From Somniosus microcephalus (taxonomy: Eukaryota), in contig CM126223.1 of NCBI GenBank assembly GCA_052327205.1, positions 69,936,001-70,000,000 of the forward strand: a DNA stretch of 64,000 nt, given 5' to 3'. The position numbers and the translations under genes were made by a program. This document shows, one piece after another, positions 12,242 to 23,057 of the stretch (positions are counted from its first letter, which is position 1; every line of letters starts with the position of its first letter). The notes beneath the pieces are model-generated. The model was not told the origin of the DNA and searched no databases. It saw only the letters and a program-made list of their open reading frames with translations.

Positions 12242-12705
12242 GTCAGCTGTGGCTCAGTTGGTATCACCCTCACCTCTGAGTCAGGAGGCTGTGAGTTCAA
12301 AGTCCCACTCCAGGGACTTGAGCACATAAAGCTAGGCTGACACTCAAGTGCAGTGCTGAGGGAGTGCTGCACTGTCGGAGGTACTGTCTTTCGGATGAGA
12401 CACTAAACCGAGGCCCCATCTGCTTTCTCATGTGAATGTAAAAGATCCCATGGCACTATTTTGAAGAAGAGTAGGGGAGTTATCCCTGGTGTCCTGGCAA
12501 ATATTTCTCCCTCAATCAACATAACAAAACAAATTATCTGGTCATTATCACATTGCTGTTTGTGGGAGCTTGCTGTGCGCAAATTGGCTGCCACGTTTCC
12601 CACATTACAACAGTGACTACACTCCAAAAGTACTTCATTGGCTGTAAAGCACTTTGAGACGTCTGGTGGTCGTGAAAGGCGCTATATAAATGCACGTCTT
12701 TTTTT
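12242..12705 (+). mobile_element. Near full-length tRNA-headed DeuSINE (SacSINE1-like) in PROCA1 intron 3
   Basis: A box TGGCTCAGTTGG, B box GAGTTCAA, Deu-like core, tail GGCGCTATATAAATGCA..TCTTT. Confidence 0.82.
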
Positions 12706-13026
12706 AAAACTCCATTTTGAAATTCCACTTGCCACTGACCAAACAGTAACTTAAGATTTGGTTCATTCAGACCACTGCCAGTTAACATGGTACTATATTA
12801 ATTCAATAATCAATTGAAATGTCAATCCTGGTTTGTGGTTGTAAAAGGAGGGATTTTGCTAATTTTATACACCAGCAAATTTCAGCTAATAGTTTTCATA
12901 TGTCTATGGTTCAGGCACTGATTAAACTATACAGATGGTGGGGGAATACTGTGGAAGATTTCTGTGTAGTGAATAAAATCATTTAGGATGTAAGAGGTTT
13001 CAATTATTTCTGATCATATTTGTAAG

Positions 13027-14161
13027 GTGCAAGAAGTACGATCGTGTTCTCATTGCTGTACCCAGAGACTCTGTGCTGTATGATTATGGAGGAGATTTGA
13101 TCGATGAGCTAATAGTGGAGCCTAATCCTGACTCAGACACCCCAACAACCTTTTCTTGGCTAAGCGGCACCCCATCATTTACAGCCACCCCAGGAATCGC
13201 TAAACCGGAAGCTACAAGCCAACAGTCAACACTTGGCCAAGTGCTTAATGCAGCAGAAGACCTCCTTAAAGTCATGGCAACTGTCACTCAGAGCTCTGCC
13301 CACGGCAATGTGCCCGGCACTGCAAGCAGCACTGCGAACGAGAAGACCGGCATTTCATCAGACAAAGCCAAGAAGAAGAAAAAGAAAAGAAGGAAAGGCA
13401 AAAAGGGAAGGAAGGGGAAAGGAAAGAAGAAAAATCGCAAAGCCAAACTCAGTTCCCAAAACAGCAAGGCAACTAATATATTGCCAATCCTGGAAAAGAA
13501 AATTCATAACAAGGAGGACTATTTCACTGAGATTGAGAAGACGGGAAATAATAATGAGTTTAATCAACGTTTCTTTGACAATTCTATGGATTTGGTAGTA
13601 AAAGGAGATATTTTTAATGACGTCATGAATGATGAATCTTACAGAGGGGACAGCTTCACTCAGCTTTATCAGACCTTCACCGAGGCTGTGACCAAACCTA
13701 ATCGCAGATTTCAACATTACAGAGCTGAAGGCTTTACACCCCTAGCAGTTCCACCGATCCCTAAATCTGAATTTTATAGAGAAGGTCTGACCGCCAAATC
13801 ACTGCGCAAGCCAGATGATGCACATCTGTCCTACAGAGAAGAAACATTCACCCCGCCACCTACTAAACAAAGTCCCAATTCTCGCTCCAACAAAAAAGAA
13901 ACTTCAGTTTTAACGGTGGTTACGTCTGGACAATACAGAGAGGAGGCATCTACTCCCTTGACTATCCACAAAAAGCTTAACGAGGTGGCGATAAATGCTA
14001 AGCTGAAAGCAAACCAACCGGCTCCTCCATCAGATAGAAAAAACAAGAAACAACGGCGTAAAAGAAAAGGCAGGAGGAGGCAGCATGAAAAGACCTCAAC
14101 AAGAGAACAAGCTGATGTTACCGACAGCCCCCAGCAAGGTTGTTCACAGTGTACTCGTTAA
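13027..14161 (+). CDS. PROCA1: PROCA1/PLA2G3-like terminal coding exon (end of PLA2 domain, Thr-rich linker, Lys/Arg-rich tracts)
   Basis: tgtaag acceptor, then CKKYDRVLIAVPRDSVLYDYGG in frame with ORF 13073..14161. Total CDS 562+133+135+1135 = 1965 nt = 654 aa + stop. Confidence 0.88.
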
Positions 14162-14440
14162 CTAGCATTACAGCTTAACCTCCATGTGCATGCATATTAA
14201 AGTATGCATGGGCCAAATGCATGTATGTGCCAAATCACAAATTATACCGTAAATCATAAAAACTTTGTGACTGGTGAAAGTATGCATGCCGTTACAATGA
14301 TATCATGGAGAAGAGTGGGCTTCCTGAAATAGACTCGAAGTATACACTGAGGTTTCTTACTGTGTTTTGGTTCATTTGTTGGTTCATGATTTGTATGAAT
14401 GGACCCAACTACCCCATAGAAAGGAACCTTTATAAAGTTT

Positions 14441-14446
14441 AATAAA
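14441..14446 (+). promoter_or_regulatory. Candidate polyadenylation signal of the PROCA1-like gene
   Basis: AATAAA about 280 nt after the stop codon, followed by U/GU-rich sequence. Confidence 0.5.
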
Positions 14447-14810
14447 TCTAATACCTTTTAGCCACTTTGTTGCTGAGTACATTTTCTCTAGTTGAAGCAC
14501 ATTTGAAGATATTCAGCTGCCGTTCTTTCCCGTCACGATTCATCCCTTTCCCTCAAAAATAGCTTCGACAAATTACAAAGTTGATAGAGTAATGGCGTAA
14601 TGTCTTGTGTTTACAAATCAATGAAGATAATGTTACTATGATGGGTGTTATGGCTTGTTTGAAATGTCAATGTTTGCAGATTGACGGAATTGTAGTTTCT
14701 GGCCCTGATCAGCTGTGAAACTTACTATTGGAGATTGTGTGTAGGAAGCCAGCAATTTCCAGCTGCTACCACTTTTTCTTTCAACGTGTAAAAACTGTTA
14801 ACATTTTGAT

Positions 14811-15015
14811 CCAAAGATGTGCGGGTTAGGTTGATTGGCTATGATAAATTGACCTTAGTGTTAGGGGGATTAAATACGTGGGGTTACAGGGATAGGGTGG
14901 GATATGTGTTGGTGTAGGGGTTACGGGGATTGGGTGGGATATGTGTCGGTGCAGGCTCGATGGACCGAAATGGCCTCTATCTGCACTGTGGGGTTTCTGT
15001 GATTCTGTGATTCTC
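14811..15015 (+). mobile_element. 5'-truncated HE1-like V-SINE with an internal tandem duplication
   Basis: Reverse-complement match to the 3' half of 30138-30432. The segment GGGGTTAC.GGGAT.GGGTGGGATATGTGT.GGTG is duplicated. GTGATTCT tail. Confidence 0.78.
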
Positions 15016-15164
15016 TGGTTGTTGCAAGGAGGTTGGTTGATCTTCAAAGGAAAAAACACCCGTATACTCCAGAGAGCTTCTCACGATCTTTAGCCTTCTA
15101 TTCACCATCTTTATGACCAGTCTGGAATAGAAACTATATGAGCATGATGGTTCCATATATATCA

Positions 15165-15305
15165 GATTTCGGTAAATTTTTGGATCCTTAGGGAACCAAG
15201 GGATATGGGGATAGGGTGGGAAAGTGGAGATGAGGTAGAAGATCAGCCATGATCTTATTGAATGGCAGAGCAGGCTCGAAGGACCAAATGGCTCCTACCT
15301 CTTAT
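15165..15305 (+). mobile_element. CR1 3' tail
   Basis: GATCAGCCATGATCTTATTGAATGGC.GAGCAGGCTCGA motif. Confidence 0.75.
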
Positions 15306-17242
15306 GTAGAGTGTTATGCACATTCATTTCATTAATATGTTCTGAAATACATTAAAAAAATTATGACTGAACTCTTAATGACTTTATAAATCTTACATAA
15401 TATGGTGCATGATACTTCAAATTTTAATGCCAGGCCATTTTCAGTGGTGCTACAGTTAGTCTCAATGCCCCGGGTTAGGGTGGAAACTATTAGGTGAGGG
15501 ATCTCCCTTTACATCTCAATCTAATAATTCATGAGGGAAGTGCACGTGTGTGAATGTCAGGTGGAGATAGGATCAGACTCATCTGTGATGCTTTCACAGT
15601 CAAGTATGCCTGCAACACTTAGTGCCACATATGGAGTGGCCACTTGGGTGAGAGTGGCTGGTCACTGTAGAATCATATCCCAGCAAGGTGTCAACACTTT
15701 GAGAGCAGAAAAGGAGGATGAAAATTGGTTGGAAAAAAAAGAGGAAAAAAGTTCCTTATGAAAAAAAGCGGGAAAAAGCACCAAGATGTGATTTAACACT
15801 TTATCAAAGGATGGTCGACAGGCATTTATGAGGCTCATGTGGGTCTTCTGTCGCGGAAGTATAACTCTTTGAATGGTTCATTCAGCTGCCCTGCCTCACT
15901 TAGTCCTGATGTGAGAAGTACAAATAATGAGGGCAATCAGACACAACAAAAGAGCCTTCCCTCTATTCTGATCTGTCCAACCCATATATTGTGAAATCAT
16001 AGTTAACGATGAACTATTTCATGCTAGGTGTGCTATCCTCAGCCATGTTGCACCATAGGTCTCACCTTTCTCAGAATTAAAGCTTACTTTGCTCTGTGCA
16101 CTTTCTTTTAAGCACACATGGGGTTGAACAGATTACCAACTGTGTTAAAGGAACACCGACAGGAATTTAATCGGAACACTTTAATGAGTGTGCTGAAGTA
16201 GCATACAGGGGAAATTAAATCCTTTTATGGTTTAACAACCATTTCTAACATAAAGTAACTAATATTAATGAAATTTAAGAACATTAACAATGAAGTGGTT
16301 AAATAATGCACATTATAGGTCAACAATGTATAATAGCTTTCTCATGCTCTTCTATAGAAAATTCCAGCCCTCCCCCATTGCTACAAGCAAGAAACTACTA
16401 AGTGACATTGTGATATGTGGTATACTATTCTGAAGTCCTGAATGACTCATTATCTGGCTGATTTGTAATTGAGCAACAATTTAGTTTAGCCGAAGGCAGA
16501 AACAATCAATAGGAAAGTTGTCTGAAGAAAAAGCTGAAAGTCACTTGACATCGCCGCTAACTGCTAAAGAGCTGCCACCAATCTTTTTGAACCTTAGACT
16601 CTACATACTGTAGTGAAATGGTGCTTGAAATGGTGGATTTTGCAGTTAGATCCCAATAACTAGATGGGGTTTTACAGAGAAATAATTAATCTTAACTCCA
16701 ATCTTGAGTATTTCCTCTCAAGAAGCTGTATTATATCAGTCCTGTGGAGCTTATAGTTCTCTGAAGCGAGGAAAAGGTCTAAAATGTTATCTTAAAACGG
16801 AAGTAAGATTCTCCAATAGGCCTTAGGAACATTTTATAATTAATTTATTGCACAAGGTAAAGTTACAAATTATTAATAAAACAGACTGAAATTTTGGTTA
16901 ATGTCATGGAAAGTCTATCCCTCACCCAGTGAATCTATAGTGAGTGAATTCTTCCAACCATAAATGTATATAGTTCAAAGTGTACAGTGCAGACACCTGC
17001 CTTTTATTGGTTTATTTTTTGTTTCCTCACCAAGTTTCTCCCCTCTCCTTCCCTCCTGTCTTGAAAACATTAACACTTTGCTCCACAAGAGCCAATTGCA
17101 CTCTCAGTACCTCATCCAAATGGCCATTAGTCATGTATAAGCCTTGATGAGTTAGCAGGCTATTTCTTTATGTGGGGCATCACAGTTGAGCCATATCCTG
17201 TCCTCACCTGGCACCCACACACCAGAGAGCTGTGGAGACGGA

Positions 17243-17425
17243 GTCATTGCATATAATCAAGGCAGAGATCGACAGATATTTAACCTACAGGGGAGTCAAG
17301 GGTTATGGGGAGCGGGCGGGAAAGTGGAGTTGAGGCCAAAATCAGATCAGCCATGATCTTATTGAATGGCGGAGAAGGCTCGAGGGGCCAAATGGCTGAC
17401 TCCTGCTCCTATTTTTACGCTCTTA
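17243..17425 (+). mobile_element. CR1 3' tail
   Basis: GATCAGCCATGATCTTATTGAATGGCGGAG motif. Confidence 0.75.
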
Positions 17426-18276
17426 TATATGCTCTATCAGTGTTGTCTGGATAACTTTGGCTGATTTCCCGCCTCCCCTTGCCTCCCTAATTCAGCTGTG
17501 CTGTAATTTTTCTACTTTTGCCTCAGTTGAGATAGTTTAACTTGACACAGACCAGGTATTACCTGGTTTCTTCCCTTAATGTATATATAGCTCAGTTCTT
17601 ACAGACTTGAGTTGCTAAGCCATTGTTAGGGGAGGGGGTGAAAATCACCTGGCATTTAGAACGAGTTTGATGCAGCATCCCCATACAGGTAATGGTCCCA
17701 CTTCTCAGGAATGATGATTTGCAAAGAAATGCTATGCTTTAATTTGAATATTGAAATGCTGCGCTTGAATAGCCTCTATGTTTATCTAATCTCAACTGTA
17801 TCCTTTTGTGGATGAGACAAAAGGGAACGAATGTTGAAGTGGGCAAGTGACAGCTACATTTATTCTGTGAATCCTGCCACCAGACGAGGCAGTGAGGAAA
17901 ACAGATCTGTTTCATCAAGAGTCTGTGAGCCACACACGAACATCCCAACAGTGCTGCACTGTCAGCAGTTATGCACATTCTTTACATGCACTTAAAGTGA
18001 ACAATCAGTTATTGTTAATTTTCAGCATATTCCCAACATATTCCAAGAAACATTTTTAAATGTTGCAGTAATATTTTTAATCCACCCCCGAGAACATGCT
18101 GACATTAACCCTTCCCGTGCTGCTGTGAGGCAAGGCACGGTGTCCAGCAGTCTGAGAAATGACCAAGACTTATCACAAAAAGGAATTGAGATTCATCCAA
18201 AGTCAAATATTTTTTTTGTTCTTCCTATGAACAAACCAAATTAGGTTGCTGTTTAACAAAATCTACCTTCAGGAGC

Positions 18277-18549
18277 TGTATTGATTTCTTTGTGGGTTCA
18301 ATGACGAGACATTTATGAAAGAGAATGTCTTTTAATCTAAAGTCTGTTCAACTCTTTATACAGCATTTACAGGAGACATCATGCTAGGGATGCATCTAGA
18401 ACGAAACTGAAACTAAACTGAACTGCCTTGCTTGTCTCTGTCACATGCCCTCTGCTGGTCAGGCACAAGCAATCAATACATGCAAACATGCTGTTAAGGC
18501 ATCATAATCGAACAGGCAAATACCATCTCTATTTGCTGATATCATTACA
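18277..18549 (-). repeat. 3' LTR of the gypsy element
   Basis: Direct repeat of 22785-23057; abuts the polypurine tract. Confidence 0.95.
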
Positions 18550-18564
18550 TCTCCTTTTCTTAAA
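18550..18564 (-). other. Polypurine tract
   Basis: Minus strand ...AAGAAAAGGAGA directly before the 3' LTR. Confidence 0.8.
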
Positions 18565-18766
18565 ACAAAAGTATTTTACTTTTAACTAACAACATGTTTT
18601 CTTTGTATTAATCTGCATTTTAACTGTAACACTTAATGAACTTACATTATCATTATCATGATCAAGGTTTTTTAACCTTGCTTTGTGTGTTCACATGAAA
18701 TATGTCAATACACTAGAACTTGAAGAAAGAATAAGATAACATTACTTCCTTCTATAACAATAGTCC

Positions 18767-21700
18767 TTAAATTTGCTCAATGAGTCTCTCAGGAGGCTTC
18801 ACGTGTCTTGAGAATTTTCTGATTGATTGTCCTTGAATCTGAGTTGTTGCCTCAGATGATGGTTTCTCAGCTGTGTGATCAGGCTGTTCAACAGTATCAG
18901 TCTCTTGACCTGCTGTGACTGGTCCCATGAGAAGATCTCGATGATTTCTTCTCAGAACAGCACCCTCATCTGTCTGAATGGTGTATGATCTTGGTTGAAC
19001 TTCACTCAGGACAGTTCCCTTCTGAGTCCATGTGTTTGTTTTGTCTTTGAACCTTACTTGGTCACCAGTGTGGAGTTCAGGTAGGTTTTGTGTTCCTCTG
19101 TCATAGTAGTACTTTTGCTTTTCTTTCTGTTGTTCTTTGAACTTCCTCACTTTCTCCCCCTCTTTTGTTTTCAGGAGGTTCTCCGGGATGGGTAGGTTTG
19201 ACCTTAGCCGACGTCCCATCAGGAGTTGGGCTGGTGACATACCACACTCGAGCGGCGTTGTGCGGTATACAAGCATGCTTTGGTAGAAGTCAGTTCCACT
19301 GTCTTTTGCCTTGTACATCAGTCTTTTCACTGTCTGGACCGATTTTTCCACTAGTCCATTGGACTGTGGATAGTGAGGACTTGACGTTGTGTGGACAAAG
19401 TCCCACTCTTTGGCAAAGTGTCGGAAACTTGCATTGTAAAACTGGGGTCCGTTGTCTGTGAAGACCTCGCTTGCCACGCCATGTCTGGAGAATATGGCTT
19501 TCATACATGTTATCACAGCATCTGCAGTGGTGGTGTACAGTCTACCAACCTCTGGATACAGGGAGTAATAGTCTGTGACTACAAGATAGTCCTTCCCTTG
19601 ACATACGAATAGGCCAGCGCCTACCTTCTGGTAAGGTCTGTCTGGCGCTGGATGTGGCTTTAGTGGTTCTACCGGATTGCTTGCTCGATATTTCAGGCAT
19701 ATTGTGCAGTTTGACACCTCATTTGTCACATCTTGGTTGATTCGTGGCCAGTACATCACCTCTCGTGCTCTTTTCTTACACTTTTCGATTCCCAGATGTC
19801 CTCCATGGATCCTTTTTAGCACCTCTTTTCTCAGACTCTTTGGGATAACTACTTTACTTCCTTTGTAGATGATGTCTTCGACCAGTGATAGTTCCGCCCT
19901 GCAGTTCCAGTACTCTGCCATGTCAGGTGAGCAGTCTTGCTTCATGTTGGGCCATCCATCCAAGATGCTTTTCCTCAGTCGTCTCATTGTTTTATCTTTG
20001 TTGGTCTCAGTCTTTATGAGCTCCATTTTTGCATCTGCTATGGGCAGTGCACTTGTGATCATGTCCACGTAGGCGTTCACTTTTTCATCCATTTTGGTGT
20101 TTGCGGGCTCACTTGGGTCTACAGCTCTGGACAATGTGTCTGCTGTATACATCAGCTTACCCGGTGTGTACGCAACATTCAGTGTATAGCGTTGCAGCCT
20201 GATCATCATTCTTTGTATTCTAAGCGGACAGCTATTTAGTGGCTTTTGGAACAATGCAATCAAGGGCTTATGGTCAGTCTCTACACGGATTGCTTGTCCT
20301 GCCACAAACTGGTGAAATCTTTCACAGGCGTATGTGATGCTGAGCAGCTCCTTTTCTATTTGAGCATATCGCGTCTCCGCGTCTGTCATTGAGTGCGATG
20401 CATATGCAATAGGTTGCCAGTAGTCATATTTTTGCAGAAGAACGGCACCGAGCCCACTCTGTGATGCATCTGATGATATCTTGATGGGTCTCGCTGGGTC
20501 ATAAAACCTCAGAACTGGTTCCTCTGTGAGCAGTTTCTTTAGATCGCTCCATGACTTCTCATGCTCATGATTCCATTCCCATTCTATGTTCTTTTCAGTT
20601 AGTCTTCTCAGTGGCGCCATCTTTTCTGAGAGGTTGGATATGAATTTCCCCATGTAGTTGATCATTCCATTAAACCTCTGCACGTCCTTTTTGCATTGTG
20701 GCTTTGGCATATTCTCAATGGCGGACACCTTTCTGGGATCTGATCTGATGCCCTCACTGCTAAGGATATCTCCCACGAATGTCAGTTCTGTCACCCCGAG
20801 CTGGCATTTCTCTCTATTCAGCTTCAGGTTTGTTTTCCTTGTTGCTTCTAGCACTTTTTTCAGTCTCTCGTCATGCTCAGTTCTCGTGGTTCCCCATACT
20901 ATGATGTCATCCATTGATGTATCAACTCCCTCCAGGTGCTCATAGATCATATGGATAGTTTTGTGATACACTTCAGGAGCTGAGGCAATGCCAAATGTTA
21001 ACCTTAGGAATCTGTATCTGCCAAATGGACTGTTGAACGTGCACAGTCTTGAACTTGCTTCGTCCAATTTCATCTGCCAAAATCCTGATGATGCATCTAA
21101 CTTGCTGAAATACTTTGCATTTGCAAACTGTGCCATGATTTCCTCACGTGTAGGAAGCTTGAAGTGCTCTCTCTTTATTGCTCTGTTTAGATCTCTTGGA
21201 TCCAGGCAAATTCTGAGCTTTCCATTCTTTTTGTCCACTACGACGAGGGAACTTACCCACTCAGTTGGCTCATCTATCTTCTGAATCACGTTCAGGCTTT
21301 CCACCCTGTCCAACTCTGCCTTCAGTTGCTTTTGAAGAGCAAACGGAACTTTTCTGCATGGATGTATGACCGGTGTCATACTTTTATCTACTCTGATCGT
21401 GTGTTCTCCTGGAATGCAGCCTAGACCCTTAAATAGGTCTTTGTACTCTTTCATGAGTTCATCATAGACTGTCTCTCCTTCGCTTTCCACAACGAGGACT
21501 CTCTTTACCAGGTTCAGTCTCTCACAGGCTTTTAAACCTAGTATGGCTTGCACATCCTTTGGCACCATGATTAATGCTAGCATGTGCTCTCTGTCCTTGT
21601 GTGTTACTTTGACAATGCATTTTCCTTTCACTGGTATATCAGTACCTGAGTATCCTGTCACTTTCACTTTTATTCCATGTATCTTTGGTCTGGGTCTAAT

Positions 21701-22015
21701 TTTCTTAAAATCAGTCTCTGATATCACATTAACTTGTGCTCCAGTATCCAATTTAAATGGAATGTGTATGTCATTCACTTTTAGTGTCAACATCCAGTCT
21801 CTTTCTTCTTTTTTGTTTTCAGACACAACATCTACATTGAACTCCTCTATGTCGCTTTCGTCTACTGCATGGACCTTGCTTTGTTGCACTTGGTTCTTGC
21901 AGCAACGGGCATAATGGTTGTTTCTGTTGCAACTATTGCATGTTTTACCATATGCTGGACACTTTCTTGGTGGATGCTGTGTACCGCATCGACTACATGA
22001 CTTTCGATTGTCCCT
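18767..22015 (-). CDS. pol: Open frame for zinc knuckles plus pol (protease, RT, RNase H, integrase) of the gypsy element
   Basis: Frame open from 22015: CSRCGTQHPPRKC and CNSCNRNNHYARC knuckles, LDTGA protease, RT SMDD, RNase H SSDAS/TDHKPL, integrase HHCC and TDNGPQF/SNGLVE. First integrase Asp appears replaced (VGAGLF). Confidence 0.9.
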   Translation of the reverse strand, partial: RDNRKSCSRCGTQHPPRKCPAYGKTCNSCNRNNHYARCCKNQVQQSKVHAVDESDIEEFNVDVVSENKKEERDWMLTLKVNDIHIPFKLDTGAQVNVISETDFKKIRPRPKIHGIKVKVTGYSGTDIPVKGKCIVKVTHKDREHMLALIMVPKDVQAILGLKACERLNLVKRVLVVESEGETVYDELMKEYKDLFKGLGCIPGEHTIRVDKSMTPVIHPCRKVPFALQKQLKAELDRVESLNVIQKIDEPTEWVSSLVVVDKKNGKLRICLDPRDLNRAIKREHFKLPTREEIMAQFANAKYFSKLDASSGFWQMKLDEASSRLCTFNSPFGRYRFLRLTFGIASAPEVYHKTIHMIYEHLEGVDTSMDDIIVWGTTRTEHDERLKKVLEATRKTNLKLNREKCQLGVTELTFVGDILSSEGIRSDPRKVSAIENMPKPQCKKDVQRFNGMINYMGKFISNLSEKMAPLRRLTEKNIEWEWNHEHEKSWSDLKKLLTEEPVLRFYDPARPIKISSDASQSGLGAVLLQKYDYWQPIAYASHSMTDAETRYAQIEKELLSITYACERFHQFVAGQAIRVETDHKPLIALFQKPLNSCPLRIQRMMIRLQRYTLNVAYTPGKLMYTADTLSRAVDPSEPANTKMDEKVNAYVDMITSALPIADAKMELIKTETNKDKTMRRLRKSILDGWPNMKQDCSPDMAEYWNCRAELSLVEDIIYKGSKVVIPKSLRKEVLKRIHGGHLGIEKCKKRAREVMYWPRINQDVTNEVSNCTICLKYRASNPVEPLKPHPAPDRPYQKVGAGLFVCQGKDYLVVTDYYSLYPEVGRLYTTTADAVITCMKAIFSRHGVASEVFTDNGPQFYNASFRHFAKEWDFVHTTSSPHYPQSNGLVEKSVQTVKRLMYKAKDSGTDFYQSMLVYRTTPLECGMSPAQLLMGRRLRSNLPIPENLLKTKEGEKVRKFKEQQKEKQKYYYDRGTQNLPELHTGDQVRFKDKTNTWTQKGTVLSEVQPRSYTIQTDEGAVLRRNHRDLLMGPVTAGQETDTVEQPDHTAEKPSSEATTQIQGQSIRKFSRHVKPPERLIEQI

Positions 22016-22658
22016 TTAATTTTTGTTCGCTGGCCACGCCTCTTTTTTCACATTGGCGCTCTTTTTGTTAAACGGTTTGTATCCGTTCTTTCTCACTGCA
22101 TCCACGTTGCAGCTACTGTCACTGAACAGCTCCTTTGCCTGCAACTTCACAGTCTCTGTAGCCCTACACAGTGCTATGGCTTTTCCCAGGTCTAGATCTT
22201 GCTCTCTTAGCAGTCTTTCCCTTAGACCATTATTCGGAATACCACACACCAGTCTGTCTTTTATCAGCGAGTCTGTCAGTCCCTCAAATTCACATGTTTT
22301 GCTTCGGTTTCTCAGTTCAGTCACATACTGATCAATAGTCTCTCCCGTTTTCTGTACACGTGAAAAATCTGTGCCTCTCAAATGTCATGTTACATTTAGG
22401 TATGCAGTAGGCCTCAAACTGTTCCATTATTTTATCTAGCTTCATTTTGTCTCCATCAGCAGCGAATGTGAAGTTATTATACACCTCCAGCGCTTCACCA
22501 CCCACGACATGTAAGAACAGTGACGCTTTCATTTTATCACCTTTCTCGTCAGCTCCGATTGCTGATAAATACAACCCCAAACATTGTTTGAACCTCCTCC
22601 AATTTTCAGCCACATTACCTGTCAACTGAAGCGTCACCGGTGGGTGTAAACCTTCCAT
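22016..22658 (-). pseudogene. gag: Disrupted gag of the gypsy element (frameshift near 22355, nonsense codon at 22016-22018)
   Basis: ORF 22332..22658 (MEGLHPP...ERHRFFTC) continues in another frame as VQKTGETIDQYVTELR...IKDRLVCGI (22016..22381), ending in TAA. Confidence 0.88.
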
Positions 22659-22770
22659 TTTTTCACTTTGTTAGCTTTTCTCCAATGGTAAGCAACGATG
22701 TTCTCTTTTGACTTGCTAATCTGTGGAGAGCTGATTTAACTTCAGATTTTTTCTCTTCATCTCTTTCAAT

Positions 22771-22784
22771 CACTTCTGACACCA
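22771..22784 (-). other. Primer-binding site, tRNA-Leu-type
   Basis: Minus strand TGGTGTCAGAAGTG immediately 3' of the 5' LTR; complementary to the ...CACTTCTGACACCA 3' end of vertebrate tRNA-Leu(CAA). Confidence 0.85.
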
Positions 22785-23057
22785 TGTATTGATTTCTTTG
22801 TGGGTTCAATGACGAGACATTTATGAAAGAGAATGTCTTTTAATCTAAAGTCTGTTCAACTCTTTATACAGCATTTACAGGAGACATCATGCTAGTGATG
22901 CATCTAGAACGAAACTGAAACTAAATTGAACTGCCTTGCTTGTCTTTGTCACATGCCCTCTGCTGGTCAGGCACAAGCAATCAATACATGCAAACATGCT
23001 GTTAAGGCATCATAATCGAACAGGCAAATACCATCTCTATTTGCTGATATCATTACA
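22785..23057 (-). repeat. 5' LTR of the gypsy element
   Basis: Direct repeat of 18277-18549 with 3 substitutions; abuts the PBS. Confidence 0.95.

Larger units (their letters stand above)
18277..23057 (-). mobile_element. Full-length Ty3/gypsy LTR retrotransposon, Mag-like clade
   Basis: Two 273-bp TG...CA LTRs. 5-bp TSD GGAGC at 18272-18276 and 23058-23062. PBS and PPT present. Domain order gag-PR-RT-RH-IN. Confidence 0.96.

Noticed and set aside
12242-12320. tRNA gene (also the head at 30360-30432)
   Set aside because: A/B boxes belong to SINE heads continuing into SINE bodies; no convincing cloverleaf.
22016-22018. Programmed gag-pol stop-codon readthrough
   Set aside because: The TAA lies inside gag, upstream of the zinc knuckles, so it is more likely a nonsense mutation.
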